Shown: positions 26,990-36,639 of the stretch, one piece after another
How the letters are laid out: each line of letters begins with the position of its first letter
Position numbering within the stretch: the first letter of the stretch is position 1
NCBI GenBank assembly: GCA_003241815.1
Contig: QBLV01000014.1
Location: 19,453 to 83,452 of the forward strand
DNA: 64,000 nt
Source of the DNA: Hyphomicrobiales bacterium
GTDB lineage: Bacteria > Pseudomonadota > Alphaproteobacteria > Rhizobiales > Beijerinckiaceae
Direction of reading: 5' to 3'
The notes under the pieces: model-generated
Database searches by the model: none
What the model was told of the DNA's origin: nothing
The model's input: the letters and a program-made list of their open reading frames with translations, nothing else
Program-made: the position numbers and the translations under genes

Positions 26990-27080
26990 CCCTCGCTCGG
27001 GCTGGCCACTCAAAAGCGGCTGTTTGATCAAGCGGGCGGCCAAAGCCGAGCTATCTGATTCGGTTTAGCGCGTTGGAAGA

Positions 27081-27112
27081 GCCCCGGCCCTTTCGGCCGG
27101 GGCCCTTCGGGC
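27081..27112 (-). terminator. GC-rich hairpin(s) just downstream of the DUF736 copy 2 stop
   Basis: GCCCCGGCC-CTTTC-GGCCGGGGC (9-bp stem) overlapping GGCCC-TTC-GGGCC. There is no strong U-tract, so the intrinsic terminator call is moderate. Confidence 0.45.
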
Positions 27113-27113
27113 C

Positions 27114-27440
27114 TTAGTCGCCGCGCCGACCGTTGGGACGGGACCAGATCAGCGAGAAGGTTTCTTCGCCCTCGTCATCGAAGAGGTTGGCGTAGATCGG
27201 GGCGTTGAAGCTCGGATCGTCGAGCTTGAGGCCCAGATAGTCGCGGCCTTCGTTGGAGCGCTTGGACCATGCGGCGCCGATCTCGGCGCGGCCGACCAGG
27301 ACCCGGTGGCTGGGGGCGTTCTCGCCGGTGGCGCGCTGGTCGGGGACGATGCGCACGTTCTTGGCCTGGACGCTGAGGGTGACGATTTCGCCGGTGAACT
27401 CGTTCGAGCCGGTCTTCTTGAAGGTGCCGATGGTCGCCAT
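27114..27440 (-). CDS. DUF736-family protein (copy 2)
   Basis: 108 aa from MATIGTFKKTGSNEFTGEIVTLSVQAKNVRIVP...YLGLKLDDPSFNAPIYANLF. The ORF-track 5' extension was rejected. Confidence 0.85.
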   Translation of the reverse strand: MATIGTFKKTGSNEFTGEIVTLSVQAKNVRIVPDQRATGENAPSHRVLVGRAEIGAAWSKRSNEGRDYLGLKLDDPSFNAPIYANLFDDEGEETFSLIWSRPNGRRGD

Positions 27441-28002
27441 TGTAAGTCTCCGTTTTCCGTTCCCGAGCCCGCACCATTGCGGCCTCGATGGCGATCGGCA
27501 GGCCGGAGGCGATCGACGGCGCACCCCGAAGGGGCCTGACAGCTAAGGAGGGCTTTCTTGTCTCGCGAGGAATGGCGGCGCAGCCGGCAGGGGAAGAAAG
27601 TTTGACGCGGCTGTTGCGTCATAGGCGATCGAGGCGCAGCCGGCCTTCGGCCAGATCAGGCCATTGAAGAGGCCGTTTGGAGCGGTCGAGGTACGGTCAG
27701 ATAACGGAGAAGATGCGGCCAACCCGCATCGGCAAGCCGGCGTCACGCCCTGCTCACAGGCGTCGTCTCCTCCCACCAGGCCGACGCGGCTGCATCCTGC
27801 CCCCCCGCGCCACCACGGAGATCGCGCCGTCGGATGTCCGGCGGCCGCTGAGAGATGACTCTATCCCTGCAGCGCCTCAGCGAAGACCGCCCTTCCGGGC
27901 CCAGCGCAGATCCGCGCCGCACACGCCCATCGCTCCGACATGAGACGATGGGGGCGACCGCGATCACGGCTGCCTTGATCCTACTGCCGGCAATGACGCA
28001 GG

Positions 28003-28446
28003 TTAGGCCCGGGCAAGGTCCCGGCCGGACAGGGCCGGAGCCGCCGCCATTCCAGCGACCCGCACGAACGCGGTGATGCCGACCGCGACCGCGCCAATGA
28101 CGGAGAACGCAATCTGCCACGCGTCGGACGGCATCAGGTGCTTCACGATGCCATGGGTGGCGTGAAAGCCGGCGATCGCCGCCGGCGCAACGAAGGCAGT
28201 GGCGACGATCAGCTTCAGCCACATGGGCCGCACGAGAGTGATGAGCAGATGCCCGACGGCGAGCGTGGCCGCCGCCGCTATGGAGCCGATTAGAATGGCG
28301 CCCGGGATTCCAGCGCCCGTTCCGTGCGCCCAGGCGCCCGCGGTCACGCCGACGAACGCCGGCAGTGCAAAGACGGCCAGCGTGAACAGCAGCCAGCAAA
28401 GCATGCCGATGGCCGCGAGGGATGCAAGTATTGCGAGGATGATCAT
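28003..28446 (-). CDS. Hypothetical polytopic membrane protein
   Basis: 147 aa from MIILAILASLAAIGMLCWLLF with four hydrophobic helices. GGAG lies upstream of this ATG. The longer ORF-track form is unlikely. Confidence 0.6.
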   Translation of the reverse strand: MIILAILASLAAIGMLCWLLFTLAVFALPAFVGVTAGAWAHGTGAGIPGAILIGSIAAAATLAVGHLLITLVRPMWLKLIVATAFVAPAAIAGFHATHGIVKHLMPSDAWQIAFSVIGAVAVGITAFVRVAGMAAAPALSGRDLARA

Positions 28447-28585
28447 AGTGGTGGACTCCGTAAGAAAGGTCTGACGGTTGCGCCACCACCACCACCACGG
28501 CGCGCCCGAACTATAGCTGAAAATTGACTGCGCCGGGAGCGGAAATCGCGTGCGACTTCCGCGCGGCGGCGCCGGTTCGCCCCGG

Positions 28586-28753
28586 TCATGGGGCGAAGGG
28601 ATCGATCTCATGAACGATCGCGGCGATGTCGCCGTCGTATTCACTGGCGGGCGTGACCGACAGCGTCCCGTCGCCAGCCTGGAAGATGATAATGGCTGCC
28701 ATCAGCGTGGTGGCGAGGCTGAATGCGAAAGCTTGAGCTTGATTGAGGGACAT
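28586..28753 (-). CDS. Hypothetical small protein (55 aa)
   Basis: The internal ATG is preceded by AGGAG at an appropriate spacing. One hydrophobic helix. No family recognised. Confidence 0.4.
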   Translation of the reverse strand: MSLNQAQAFAFSLATTLMAAIIIFQAGDGTLSVTPASEYDGDIAAIVHEIDPFAP

Positions 28754-29161
28754 CTGACCGGCTCCTGTCTTGGAGGCGGGAGGCCATCTCCCGCGCGACA
28801 GGCGCCCGATGTGTCCGGCCGGGGGCCGCAATCACCGCGCAGGCGAAGCTGGAGCGGCGGCATGCTCGCATAGCCGACCCTTTACGGGTTGATGGCGTCA
28901 GGCCAGCGGCTGGACCAAGGATTAGCGCAATGGACGCGGGTGATGGTTTCACGCCATGACCGGGCCTCGATGAAACCCCCGTTCAATGCTTTAGTTCTGT
29001 AACAGTGCTTTGCTTGAGACACTATTGCTCGTGGCGGGCTCGGCCTTGCCAGGCCAGCGATAGAATTAGAGCAAGCGCCCATGGTCCACAGATAGTGACT
29101 TTGTTACGTCTGAAGCGCACAGTGATTGCGCGAGCGTAAGCTGCACGCTTCTCGAGGTGAT

Positions 29162-29767
29162 ATGAGTACGGCAACCGAGGACGGCTCTAACGGATATGAG
29201 GCTGTCGCAGACATCTACGTTGCAGGACGAGGCACCCGTTCTCCCGTAGGCGACTCGGTCGGTGCCGCGGTCGTGAGAGCTTGGGCGAACGGCTTTCCAC
29301 GCGACGCGACGGTGCTCGACCTCGGCTCCGGCCCCGGTGAACCGAGCACGAGAATTTTGCAGGAGGCCGGTCTCACCACCTATGCTGTCGATGCGTCACC
29401 GACCATGGTCGCTGCGTTCCGCGAGCGGTACCCGGGTGTGCCGATCGAGCGAAACACCGTAGAGGCCTCGGAGTTCTTCAACCGGACCTTTAGCGGCGTG
29501 CTTGCCTGGGGTCTGTTGTTCTTGCTCGACCCGGCAAGCCAAGCGCTCGTCATTGAAAAGGTGGCGCGCGCGCTAAAGCCGGAGGGGCGCTTTCTCTTCA
29601 CCGCGCCCCGGGAGCCCCTTAAATGGCTGGACGGCATGACCGGGCGCCCGTCGGAATCCCTTGGTGGGCGCACATATGAGCAACTGCTACGCGATGCTGG
29701 ACTCATGTGGGTGGCCGATACTGAAGACGAGGGTGGGAACCACTATTACTTTGTCGAGAAGGTCTAG
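29162..29767 (+). CDS. Class I SAM-dependent methyltransferase (cargo)
   Basis: Motif I VLDLGSGPGEPS and downstream AVDASPTMV. The ATG at 29162 is preceded by GAGGTGAT. Confidence 0.8.
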   Translation: MSTATEDGSNGYEAVADIYVAGRGTRSPVGDSVGAAVVRAWANGFPRDATVLDLGSGPGEPSTRILQEAGLTTYAVDASPTMVAAFRERYPGVPIERNTVEASEFFNRTFSGVLAWGLLFLLDPASQALVIEKVARALKPEGRFLFTAPREPLKWLDGMTGRPSESLGGRTYEQLLRDAGLMWVADTEDEGGNHYYFVEKV

Positions 29768-29828
29768 ATCCGATCTGCGTTTCGGATCGATTGGTGCCTT
29801 TGTGGTCATTCCTACGGGGGGACGGCGC

Positions 29829-30764
29829 TCAGGCGCCGCCTCCCTTCGGGCGGAAGTCGAACAGCGGGATGCCGAGCTTCCTCGCCTTGTCGGCGAGATT
29901 GTCCTGAATGCCGGTGCCGGGGAAGATGATCACTCCGATCGGCAGGATGTCGAGCATCTGATCGTTGCGCTTGAATGGTGCAGCCTTGGCGTGTTTCGTC
30001 CAGTCGGGGGCGAAGCCGACCTGCGGCACCTTGCGGGCGTCAGCCCATTTCGCCGCGATCTTCTCGGCGCCTTTGGGCGACTTGCCGTGGAGCAGCACCA
30101 TGTCGGGGTGCTTGGCGTGGACCTGATCGAGCTTGGCCCAGATTAGGTGGTGATCGTTGAAGTCGAGCCCGCCAGTGAACGCGATCTTTGGACCTGCGGG
30201 CAGCAGCACCTGATTGTCGGCGCGCTTCTTGGCTGCGAGGAAGTCGCGGCTGTCGATCATCGCCGAGGTCATGTTGCGATGGCTGACCATTGATCCGCTG
30301 CGCGGTCGCCAGTTCGATCCGGTGTGGCGCTCGTAGTGTTCGGCGGCCTGGTCGCGCATCAGCTCGAAGGCGTTGCGCCGTTCGATCATGGTCTGGCCCT
30401 CGGCCGTCAGGCGTTCTAGCTCGACGGCCTTCACTTCGCTGCCGTCCTGTTCGCGCTGGCCGCGGCGCTGCGCCTGCTCATTGTCGTCCAACTCGCGCTC
30501 GATCCGTTCGTTGGCCCGGTGGAAAACGTTGACGGTCGACCAGAGGAGATCGTCGAGGTCGGGCTCGAGGCGGGTGTCTTCCAGCGTGGCGATCAGGGCG
30601 TCGAAGATGTCGGCGATGGCGCCAGCGACAAGGTCGCCCTCCGGAAGCGGTCGTGGATCGGGTTCATCCGTGAAGGGACGGTAGCCGTAAAGCTGGAGTT
30701 CGCTCAGGACATGGTCGGTGGGGGAAGAGGCGTGGTGCGGTTCGTAGTCGTCGTGCTCGCTCAT
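29829..30764 (-). CDS. DUF2493-domain protein (conserved ICE backbone)
   Basis: The C-terminal region IAFTGGLDFNDHHLIWAKLDQVHAKHPDMVLLHGKSPKGAEKIAAKWA... matches DUF2493 as I remember it. Start at MSEHDDYE. Confidence 0.7.
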   Translation of the reverse strand: MSEHDDYEPHHASSPTDHVLSELQLYGYRPFTDEPDPRPLPEGDLVAGAIADIFDALIATLEDTRLEPDLDDLLWSTVNVFHRANERIERELDDNEQAQRRGQREQDGSEVKAVELERLTAEGQTMIERRNAFELMRDQAAEHYERHTGSNWRPRSGSMVSHRNMTSAMIDSRDFLAAKKRADNQVLLPAGPKIAFTGGLDFNDHHLIWAKLDQVHAKHPDMVLLHGKSPKGAEKIAAKWADARKVPQVGFAPDWTKHAKAAPFKRNDQMLDILPIGVIIFPGTGIQDNLADKARKLGIPLFDFRPKGGGA

Positions 30765-31078
30765 GGGATGCTCCGTCGGTTCGACCGCGACCCTCGCGGC
30801 CTTCATGGCGACGAAAGCCGGCGGGCGGGCCGGGCCTGCACCCGCAGCGAAGCGGAGGGCCGGAGCGCAGCGGAGGATGACGAAGGCGGGCTATTTTGCC
30901 TCGCGATGGAAAGCGGCCTCTGGCCGCGCCGGAAAATAGTCCACCGCAGGCATTGCGGGTCCGGGCCGTTTGCTGGCCGATCGCCCTCTCGAAGGCCGGG
31001 GCGCGGTTCTCTCCGACCTGGGGATTATCCGAGCGACGACGACAACGGCGCTCCCGCCGTCTGCCTTCTCCTGCCGGC

Positions 31079-32116
31079 CTATGCCGCCAGCGCCATGAAG
31101 CGTGCGACGTCCTGTGGCGCGATCTGCGCCTGGGCCGCTGCCCGGAGGCTGTCCAAACCCGCCACGCGGAGATCCTCGTTGAAATCGCCCAGCTCCGGCG
31201 AGATGACGATCGCCTCGATCCCGGCTTCGTTCGCCCGTTCGATAAGAGTATCGCGCGCCCCGTCACCGGCCGGATCGTTGTCGCGGACGATGTAGAGCCG
31301 CCGCAGCGTGTCGGGGAAAAGGAAGGCGGCGAGATGAGCCGCCGAGAGCGCGGCCAACATCGGCATGTCGGGAAGGACCTGGCGGAGCGACAGCACCGTT
31401 TCGATGCCTTCGCCGGCCGCCATCACCTCGCCACCGATGCCGAAGCGCACAGCGTTGCCGAGAAGATCTCCCATTGCCCGCCTCGGCGTATCGATCGGCG
31501 CCTTGTCCCTGCGGCGGGGATCGAGCCAGGTGCGATGCGCCCCGGTGATCTTGCCGTCGAGGTCGGTGACTTCAGCGATCATCGCCGGCCAGGTCTCGGT
31601 CGGAGAATGCTCGTCGGGCCGATAGTAGCAGCGCGGGTGGAAATGCAGGCTTCCGGTTCCGCGTAAATCCGTAATGCCGCGTTCCCGCAAATACGCCTGT
31701 ACGAGCGTACCGTAGATTGGCTGCGCCATGTGAACCAGCCGGCGTGCCGCTTCGGGGGAGCCATGCGGGGCCGGGCTTTGCCGCTGGTGCTGGCGGGCCT
31801 CCGGTTCCGGTTGAGGCATCGACAGGAAGGTCCGGGCCTCGTCGGCGACGTCCTTGAAATCGACCAGGCCGCAGCTTTCCCGGATGACGTCGAGAAGATC
31901 GCCATGTTCGCCTGTCGCCGCGTCGGTCCATTTGCCGGCTGGACCTTTGGGCGAGTCCTTGAGCCGGACATACATCGAGCGGCCGGGCGTGTTGCGTGCG
32001 TCGCCGACCAGCCAATAGCCGCCCTCGCGGCGGCCGCTGGAGAGATAATGCCGGCACACCGCCTCGGCCTGGCGGCCGAGACTTTGCGCGAGATCGGAAG
32101 CGTCCTGACGTGCCAT
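31079..32116 (-). CDS. Toprim-domain protein (primase-like, DUF7146-type N-terminus)
   Basis: 345 aa from MARQDASDLAQSLGRQAEAVCRHYL. Toprim motifs EGIETVLS and YIVRDNDPAGDGA. ATGA overlap with the upstream 1440-aa gene. Confidence 0.75.
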   Translation of the reverse strand: MARQDASDLAQSLGRQAEAVCRHYLSSGRREGGYWLVGDARNTPGRSMYVRLKDSPKGPAGKWTDAATGEHGDLLDVIRESCGLVDFKDVADEARTFLSMPQPEPEARQHQRQSPAPHGSPEAARRLVHMAQPIYGTLVQAYLRERGITDLRGTGSLHFHPRCYYRPDEHSPTETWPAMIAEVTDLDGKITGAHRTWLDPRRRDKAPIDTPRRAMGDLLGNAVRFGIGGEVMAAGEGIETVLSLRQVLPDMPMLAALSAAHLAAFLFPDTLRRLYIVRDNDPAGDGARDTLIERANEAGIEAIVISPELGDFNEDLRVAGLDSLRAAAQAQIAPQDVARFMALAA

Positions 32117-35100
32117 CACGCGGCCTCCCGCTCGGAGATGCGCGCCACCGGGAAGGTGTCGAGCAGCTTGGCGAGGATGCTTGGCCCGGTGGCGTCGACC
32201 GGCACGAAGAAGCGGAGCTTCCACGAGATGATCTCGCTGAAGAGACCATAGGCCCGCAGCCGGTCCCGCATCGCATCGGTGAAGCCAGCCAGCTCCAGCC
32301 GCTGGGCGCTCATGACACGCGCGCGGCGGAGCTGAAGGCCATCGGCGAGATCGAGGATCGTCGTGCCGTCCATCAGCGCAGTGAAGGCTTGTTCCGGGGT
32401 CAGCGACGCGGCGCCCGTGGTGACGGCGTTCGACGCCCACGCTGGCGACACGCGCCGGCCGATGATGCGCTCGCCGGCATCGGTCTGGAGCCGGTAGACG
32501 CGGCTCGACTCGTTCGGCAGGCGCTTCCAGATCGGCAGCAGCAGCCCGGCGACGATGTGGATCGTGCTGTCCGAGAACTCGGGCACGTCATTCAGTTCGG
32601 CCCACCACGCGGCGGCGAAGGCGGCGCGATCGGCTTCCTCCCAATGGCTCTCGTCCATCATGCGCAGCGGGGCATAGTGTTGCTCCATCGGCCGGATCAG
32701 GCTGACGCGGCGCTCGATCTCGCCATCGTCGAGCATCATCGACGGTGCCGGTATCTGGACGGCGGCGCGGCCGGAGCGGCCATTGACCAGGAGCCGTGCG
32801 CGGGGATCGGAGAGATGGTCGAGCGCATCTGCCAGGCTCGTCGGCCGATTGCGCTCCCGGCGGGTGATGGTGAGCAGCCGCGTTTCCGCGCCGGTGCCCG
32901 GGTGCGTGTGGATCACCTGAGCGTCGGTGACGATGAAGCTCTCGGCCTGAAGCGTCTCCAGACCGAGGTCATAGACGCCGCTGCGGATCGCGCCTTCGAC
33001 CTTGGCGGTCAGCAGCTGCTCGAACGCCGTGAACAGCACGCCCTGCAGTTCGATGGTGAGCGCCAGCAGCCGGTTGAGGAAGGTGGTGATCGGCGGCAGC
33101 TCGTCCTTGATGCCGTTGTCGTCCATGAGTTTCAGCCCGGTGGCGGACTCGAAGCGGTCGAGCGAGCAGCCCTCCACCTTGCCACGGACGAGCAGCAGAT
33201 AGAGCTGGCGCAGCGCATCGCGGGCATAGGGACTTTCCAGATTGTCCTCCGGCCGGAACAAGCCTTGGCCACCGGTCTGGCGCTGCCCGCGCGTGATGGC
33301 GCCGAGCGTGTCGAGCCGGCGCGCGATCGTCGAGAGGAAGCGCTTCTCGGCCTTCACGTCGCTGGCGATCGGCCGAAAGAGCGGCGGCTGCGCCTGGTTG
33401 GTGCGGTTGGTGCGGCCGAGCCCCTGGATCGCCGCGTCAGCCTTCCAGCCCGGCTCCAGGAGATAATGGATGCGGAGGCGCTGGTTCTTTGCCGCAAGGT
33501 CGGCGTGGTAACTGCGGCCGGTGCCGCCGGCGTCCGAGAAGACGAGGATGCGCTTCTGGTCGTCCATGAAGGCGGCTGCCTCGGCGAGATTTGCCGCACC
33601 CGCCCGGTTCTCGACGGCGAGGCGCTCGCCCTTTCGCACCACGCGCCGCGAGCGGCCGGTGACTTCTGCGACGACATCGGTCCCAAACCGTTGGACGATC
33701 TGGTCGAGGGCGCCGGGAACGGGCTCCAGCGATGCGAGCCGCTCGATCAGTTCGTCGCGACGGGCGACGGCTTCCCGGCTCTCGACAGGCTGGCCGTCCC
33801 GGTAAACCGGCCGCGACGACAGATTGCCCTCGCTGTCCGAGAACGGCTCGTAGAGCTGCACCGGGAAGGAATGGGCGAGATAGTCGAGGACATATTCGCG
33901 CGGCGTGATGTCGACGCGCACGTCGTTCCATTCCTCGGTCGGGATCTCGGCCAGGCGCCGTTCCATCAGCGCCTCGCCGGTCGAGACGATCTGGATGACG
34001 GCGGTGTGCCCGGCGGCCAGGTCCTGCTCGATCGAGCGGATCAGCGTCGGCGTCTTCATGCTGGTCAGGAGATGGCCGAAGAAACGCTGCTTGGCGCTCT
34101 CGAAGGCCGACCGCGCGGCCGCCTTCGCCTGCCGGTTCAGCGTGCCGCTGTCGCCGGTGATGTTGGCGGCCTGCATCGCCGCGTCGAGATGATTGTGGAT
34201 GATGGCGAAGGCGCCGGCATAGGCGTCGTAGATGCGGGTCTGCTCGGGCGTGAGCTGGTGCTCGACCAGTTCGTATGCGACGCCGTCATAGGAGAGCGAC
34301 CGGGCCGTGTAGAGGCCGAGCGCGCGCAGGTCGCGGGCGAGCACCTCCATGGCCGCGACGCCGCCGTTTTCCACGGCTTCGACGAACTCGGCGCGATTGG
34401 CGAAGGGGAAATCGTCGCCGCCCCATAGGCCGAGCCGCTGGGCATAGGCGAGATTGTGGACGGTCGTCGCGCCGGTCGCCGAGACGTAGACGACGCGGGC
34501 GCCCGGCAGCGCGTGCTGGAGCCGAAGCCCCGCACGGCCTTGCTGCGACGGGGCCACGTCGCCCCGTTCGCCTTTGCCGCCGCCGGCGTTCTGCATCGCG
34601 TGGGACTCGTCGAAAATGACCACTCCATCAAAGTCGGAGCCCAACCATTCGACGATCTGCTTGACCCGCGAAAGCCTCTCCCCACGGTCGTCGGACCGTA
34701 GCGTAGCGTAGGTGGTGAATAGGACGCCTTCGTTCAGCCGGATGGGCGTGCCTTGCGGGAAGCGCGACAGCGGCGTGACCAGCAGGCGCTCCATGCCGAG
34801 CGCCGACCAGTCGCGTTGCGCGTCCTCCAGCAGCTTGTCAGATTTCGAAATCCAGACGGCTTTGCGGCGACCCTGGAGCCAGTTGTCGAGGATCACACCG
34901 GCCGATTGGCGGCCTTTGCCGGCGCCGGTGCCGTCGCCAAGCATGAAGCCCCGGCGGAAGCGGACGGCGTTCGGCGCATCGTCCGGCGCGGCGGTGACGA
35001 GATCGCCGGTTTCGTCCACGGTCCATGCGCCGGCGAGATATTCGCCATGGGCCTCACCGGCATAGATCACCGTCTCGAGCTGGGCGTCGGACAGCAGGCC

Positions 35101-36438
35101 ATCGGCGACGATCGCGGCCGGAAGGGTCGGGCGATAACTCGGCTTGGGCGGCGCGACCGACGCCATGGCGGCCGATTGCACCAATTTGGTGGGATGGGCC
35201 TGCGCGCCGGGGATGCGGATCGACTGGAGCGAAAAGGCCTCGTAGATCGAGTCCGACAGGCGGCGACCCTCGGGCGGCGTCCACTCGACCGTCTCGTAGT
35301 CCAGCGGCACAGCTTCGATCTCAGCCGTGCGCCGGGCGGGCGTGGCGGCTGCGACCCGGGCGAGATAGCCGCGAACGGTGCGCGGCGCGGCGTCTGGAGC
35401 GGCTTTCGGCAGCGCGACGGCCATGCGCGGGGGCAAGTCCCGCTCGATCCAGGCGAGCAGTGTCGCCACGTCGGGGGCGATGCCGGGGGATGCGGGGAAG
35501 CGAGCCACGTCCTCGGCGGGCGCCTTGTCGATGACGGTTAGGCGGGTTTCGATCGTGGTGCCGTGCTTGGCATAGACCGAGCCCGCGATCGCCGCGGTGA
35601 ACACGACGCGGCCGCGCTCCTGCAGCCGGACGAAGCTGTCGCGCCAGGCTGGCAGCTCGGGCGAGAAATTCGCGCCGGTGATTGCGACCAGCCGGCCGCC
35701 GGGCGCGAGCCGTGCCAGCGCCGAAGCGATGTGGCGATAGGCGGCGTCCGCGACGCGCCCTGAGACGTTCGCCATGACCGAAAACGGCGGGTTCATGATG
35801 ACGACGCTGGGGATGGCGGCGCGATCCAGATGATCGTCGATCTGAGCGGCGTCGAAGCGCCTGACGGCGATGGCCGGAAAGAGCGAGGCGAGAAGATCGG
35901 CGCGGGTCTCGGCCAGCTCGTTGAGGATGAGGTCGCAGCCGACCATCTCCGCGAGAACCGCGAGCAGGCCCGTGCCGGCCGAGGGCTCCAGCACCCGGTC
36001 GGCGGGCGTGAGCGACGCGGCGGTCAAAGCCGTCAGGCCGAGCGTTGTCGGGGTCGAGAACTGTTGAAGCGCCTGAGCTTCCTCGGACCTGCGCGTGTGG
36101 GTCGGCAGCAGACCGGCGATCTTGGTCAGTGCGGCGAGCCGTGCGGCCGGAGACGCGGCTTTGCGGAAAAGCGGCTTTCCGTATTTGCGCAGGAACAGGA
36201 CGGTGGCCGCTTCGCAGGCGTCGTAGGCTGTCTTCCAGTCCCAGGCGCCGGCGGCATCGGAGGCGCCGAAGGCCTGCTCCATGACGGAGCGCAGGATCGC
36301 GGCGTCGATCGCGCGGCCCTGTTCGAGATGAGGAAGAAGATCGCCGGCTGCGGCGAGGATTGCGGATGCCGGAGGCGCGTAGGGCGCGAGCGAAAGCGTG
36401 GCCGCCGGAGCGGCTCGGGAGGCGGAAGCGCGAAGCAT
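32116..36438 (-). CDS. Large bifunctional N6-adenine DNA methyltransferase / strawberry-notch-like helicase
   Basis: 1440 aa. N-terminal MTase motifs (VLEPSAGTGLL; VVIMNPPF). Central P-loop GDGTGAGKGRQ and DEAH-like FDESH of Sbno/SNF2-related helicases. Confidence 0.85.
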   Translation of the reverse strand: MLRASASRAAPAATLSLAPYAPPASAILAAAGDLLPHLEQGRAIDAAILRSVMEQAFGASDAAGAWDWKTAYDACEAATVLFLRKYGKPLFRKAASPAARLAALTKIAGLLPTHTRRSEEAQALQQFSTPTTLGLTALTAASLTPADRVLEPSAGTGLLAVLAEMVGCDLILNELAETRADLLASLFPAIAVRRFDAAQIDDHLDRAAIPSVVIMNPPFSVMANVSGRVADAAYRHIASALARLAPGGRLVAITGANFSPELPAWRDSFVRLQERGRVVFTAAIAGSVYAKHGTTIETRLTVIDKAPAEDVARFPASPGIAPDVATLLAWIERDLPPRMAVALPKAAPDAAPRTVRGYLARVAAATPARRTAEIEAVPLDYETVEWTPPEGRRLSDSIYEAFSLQSIRIPGAQAHPTKLVQSAAMASVAPPKPSYRPTLPAAIVADGLLSDAQLETVIYAGEAHGEYLAGAWTVDETGDLVTAAPDDAPNAVRFRRGFMLGDGTGAGKGRQSAGVILDNWLQGRRKAVWISKSDKLLEDAQRDWSALGMERLLVTPLSRFPQGTPIRLNEGVLFTTYATLRSDDRGERLSRVKQIVEWLGSDFDGVVIFDESHAMQNAGGGKGERGDVAPSQQGRAGLRLQHALPGARVVYVSATGATTVHNLAYAQRLGLWGGDDFPFANRAEFVEAVENGGVAAMEVLARDLRALGLYTARSLSYDGVAYELVEHQLTPEQTRIYDAYAGAFAIIHNHLDAAMQAANITGDSGTLNRQAKAAARSAFESAKQRFFGHLLTSMKTPTLIRSIEQDLAAGHTAVIQIVSTGEALMERRLAEIPTEEWNDVRVDITPREYVLDYLAHSFPVQLYEPFSDSEGNLSSRPVYRDGQPVESREAVARRDELIERLASLEPVPGALDQIVQRFGTDVVAEVTGRSRRVVRKGERLAVENRAGAANLAEAAAFMDDQKRILVFSDAGGTGRSYHADLAAKNQRLRIHYLLEPGWKADAAIQGLGRTNRTNQAQPPLFRPIASDVKAEKRFLSTIARRLDTLGAITRGQRQTGGQGLFRPEDNLESPYARDALRQLYLLLVRGKVEGCSLDRFESATGLKLMDDNGIKDELPPITTFLNRLLALTIELQGVLFTAFEQLLTAKVEGAIRSGVYDLGLETLQAESFIVTDAQVIHTHPGTGAETRLLTITRRERNRPTSLADALDHLSDPRARLLVNGRSGRAAVQIPAPSMMLDDGEIERRVSLIRPMEQHYAPLRMMDESHWEEADRAAFAAAWWAELNDVPEFSDSTIHIVAGLLLPIWKRLPNESSRVYRLQTDAGERIIGRRVSPAWASNAVTTGAASLTPEQAFTALMDGTTILDLADGLQLRRARVMSAQRLELAGFTDAMRDRLRAYGLFSEIISWKLRFFVPVDATGPSILAKLLDTFPVARISEREAA

Positions 36439-36639
36439 GGAGGATACCTCGAAAGAGCGGGAGACGGACGAGCCGGCCCCGCGCTCTCTCTCGACCGGAC
36501 GGGCTCAAACCCGTCCCGGCCGACCTCTTCCTCTAAGATGTGGCCCTTGCGTCACATCTCTGGTAATGGTCCGTACCCCTAAGGACAAAACCAGGAAACA
36601 GCGCTGCGAATCTGTGCGGCAAAGCGAAAGGCCGCTCCC

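Noticed and set aside
29768-29788. Small hairpin GATCCGA-N7-TCGGATC after the methyltransferase gene
   Set aside because: The stem is short and AT-containing with no U-tract on either strand, which is too weak to call a terminator.
31996-34428. 810-aa plus-strand ORF
   Set aside because: It lies antisense to the methyltransferase-helicase and Toprim genes. It has no motifs and a high-GC shadow-ORF composition.
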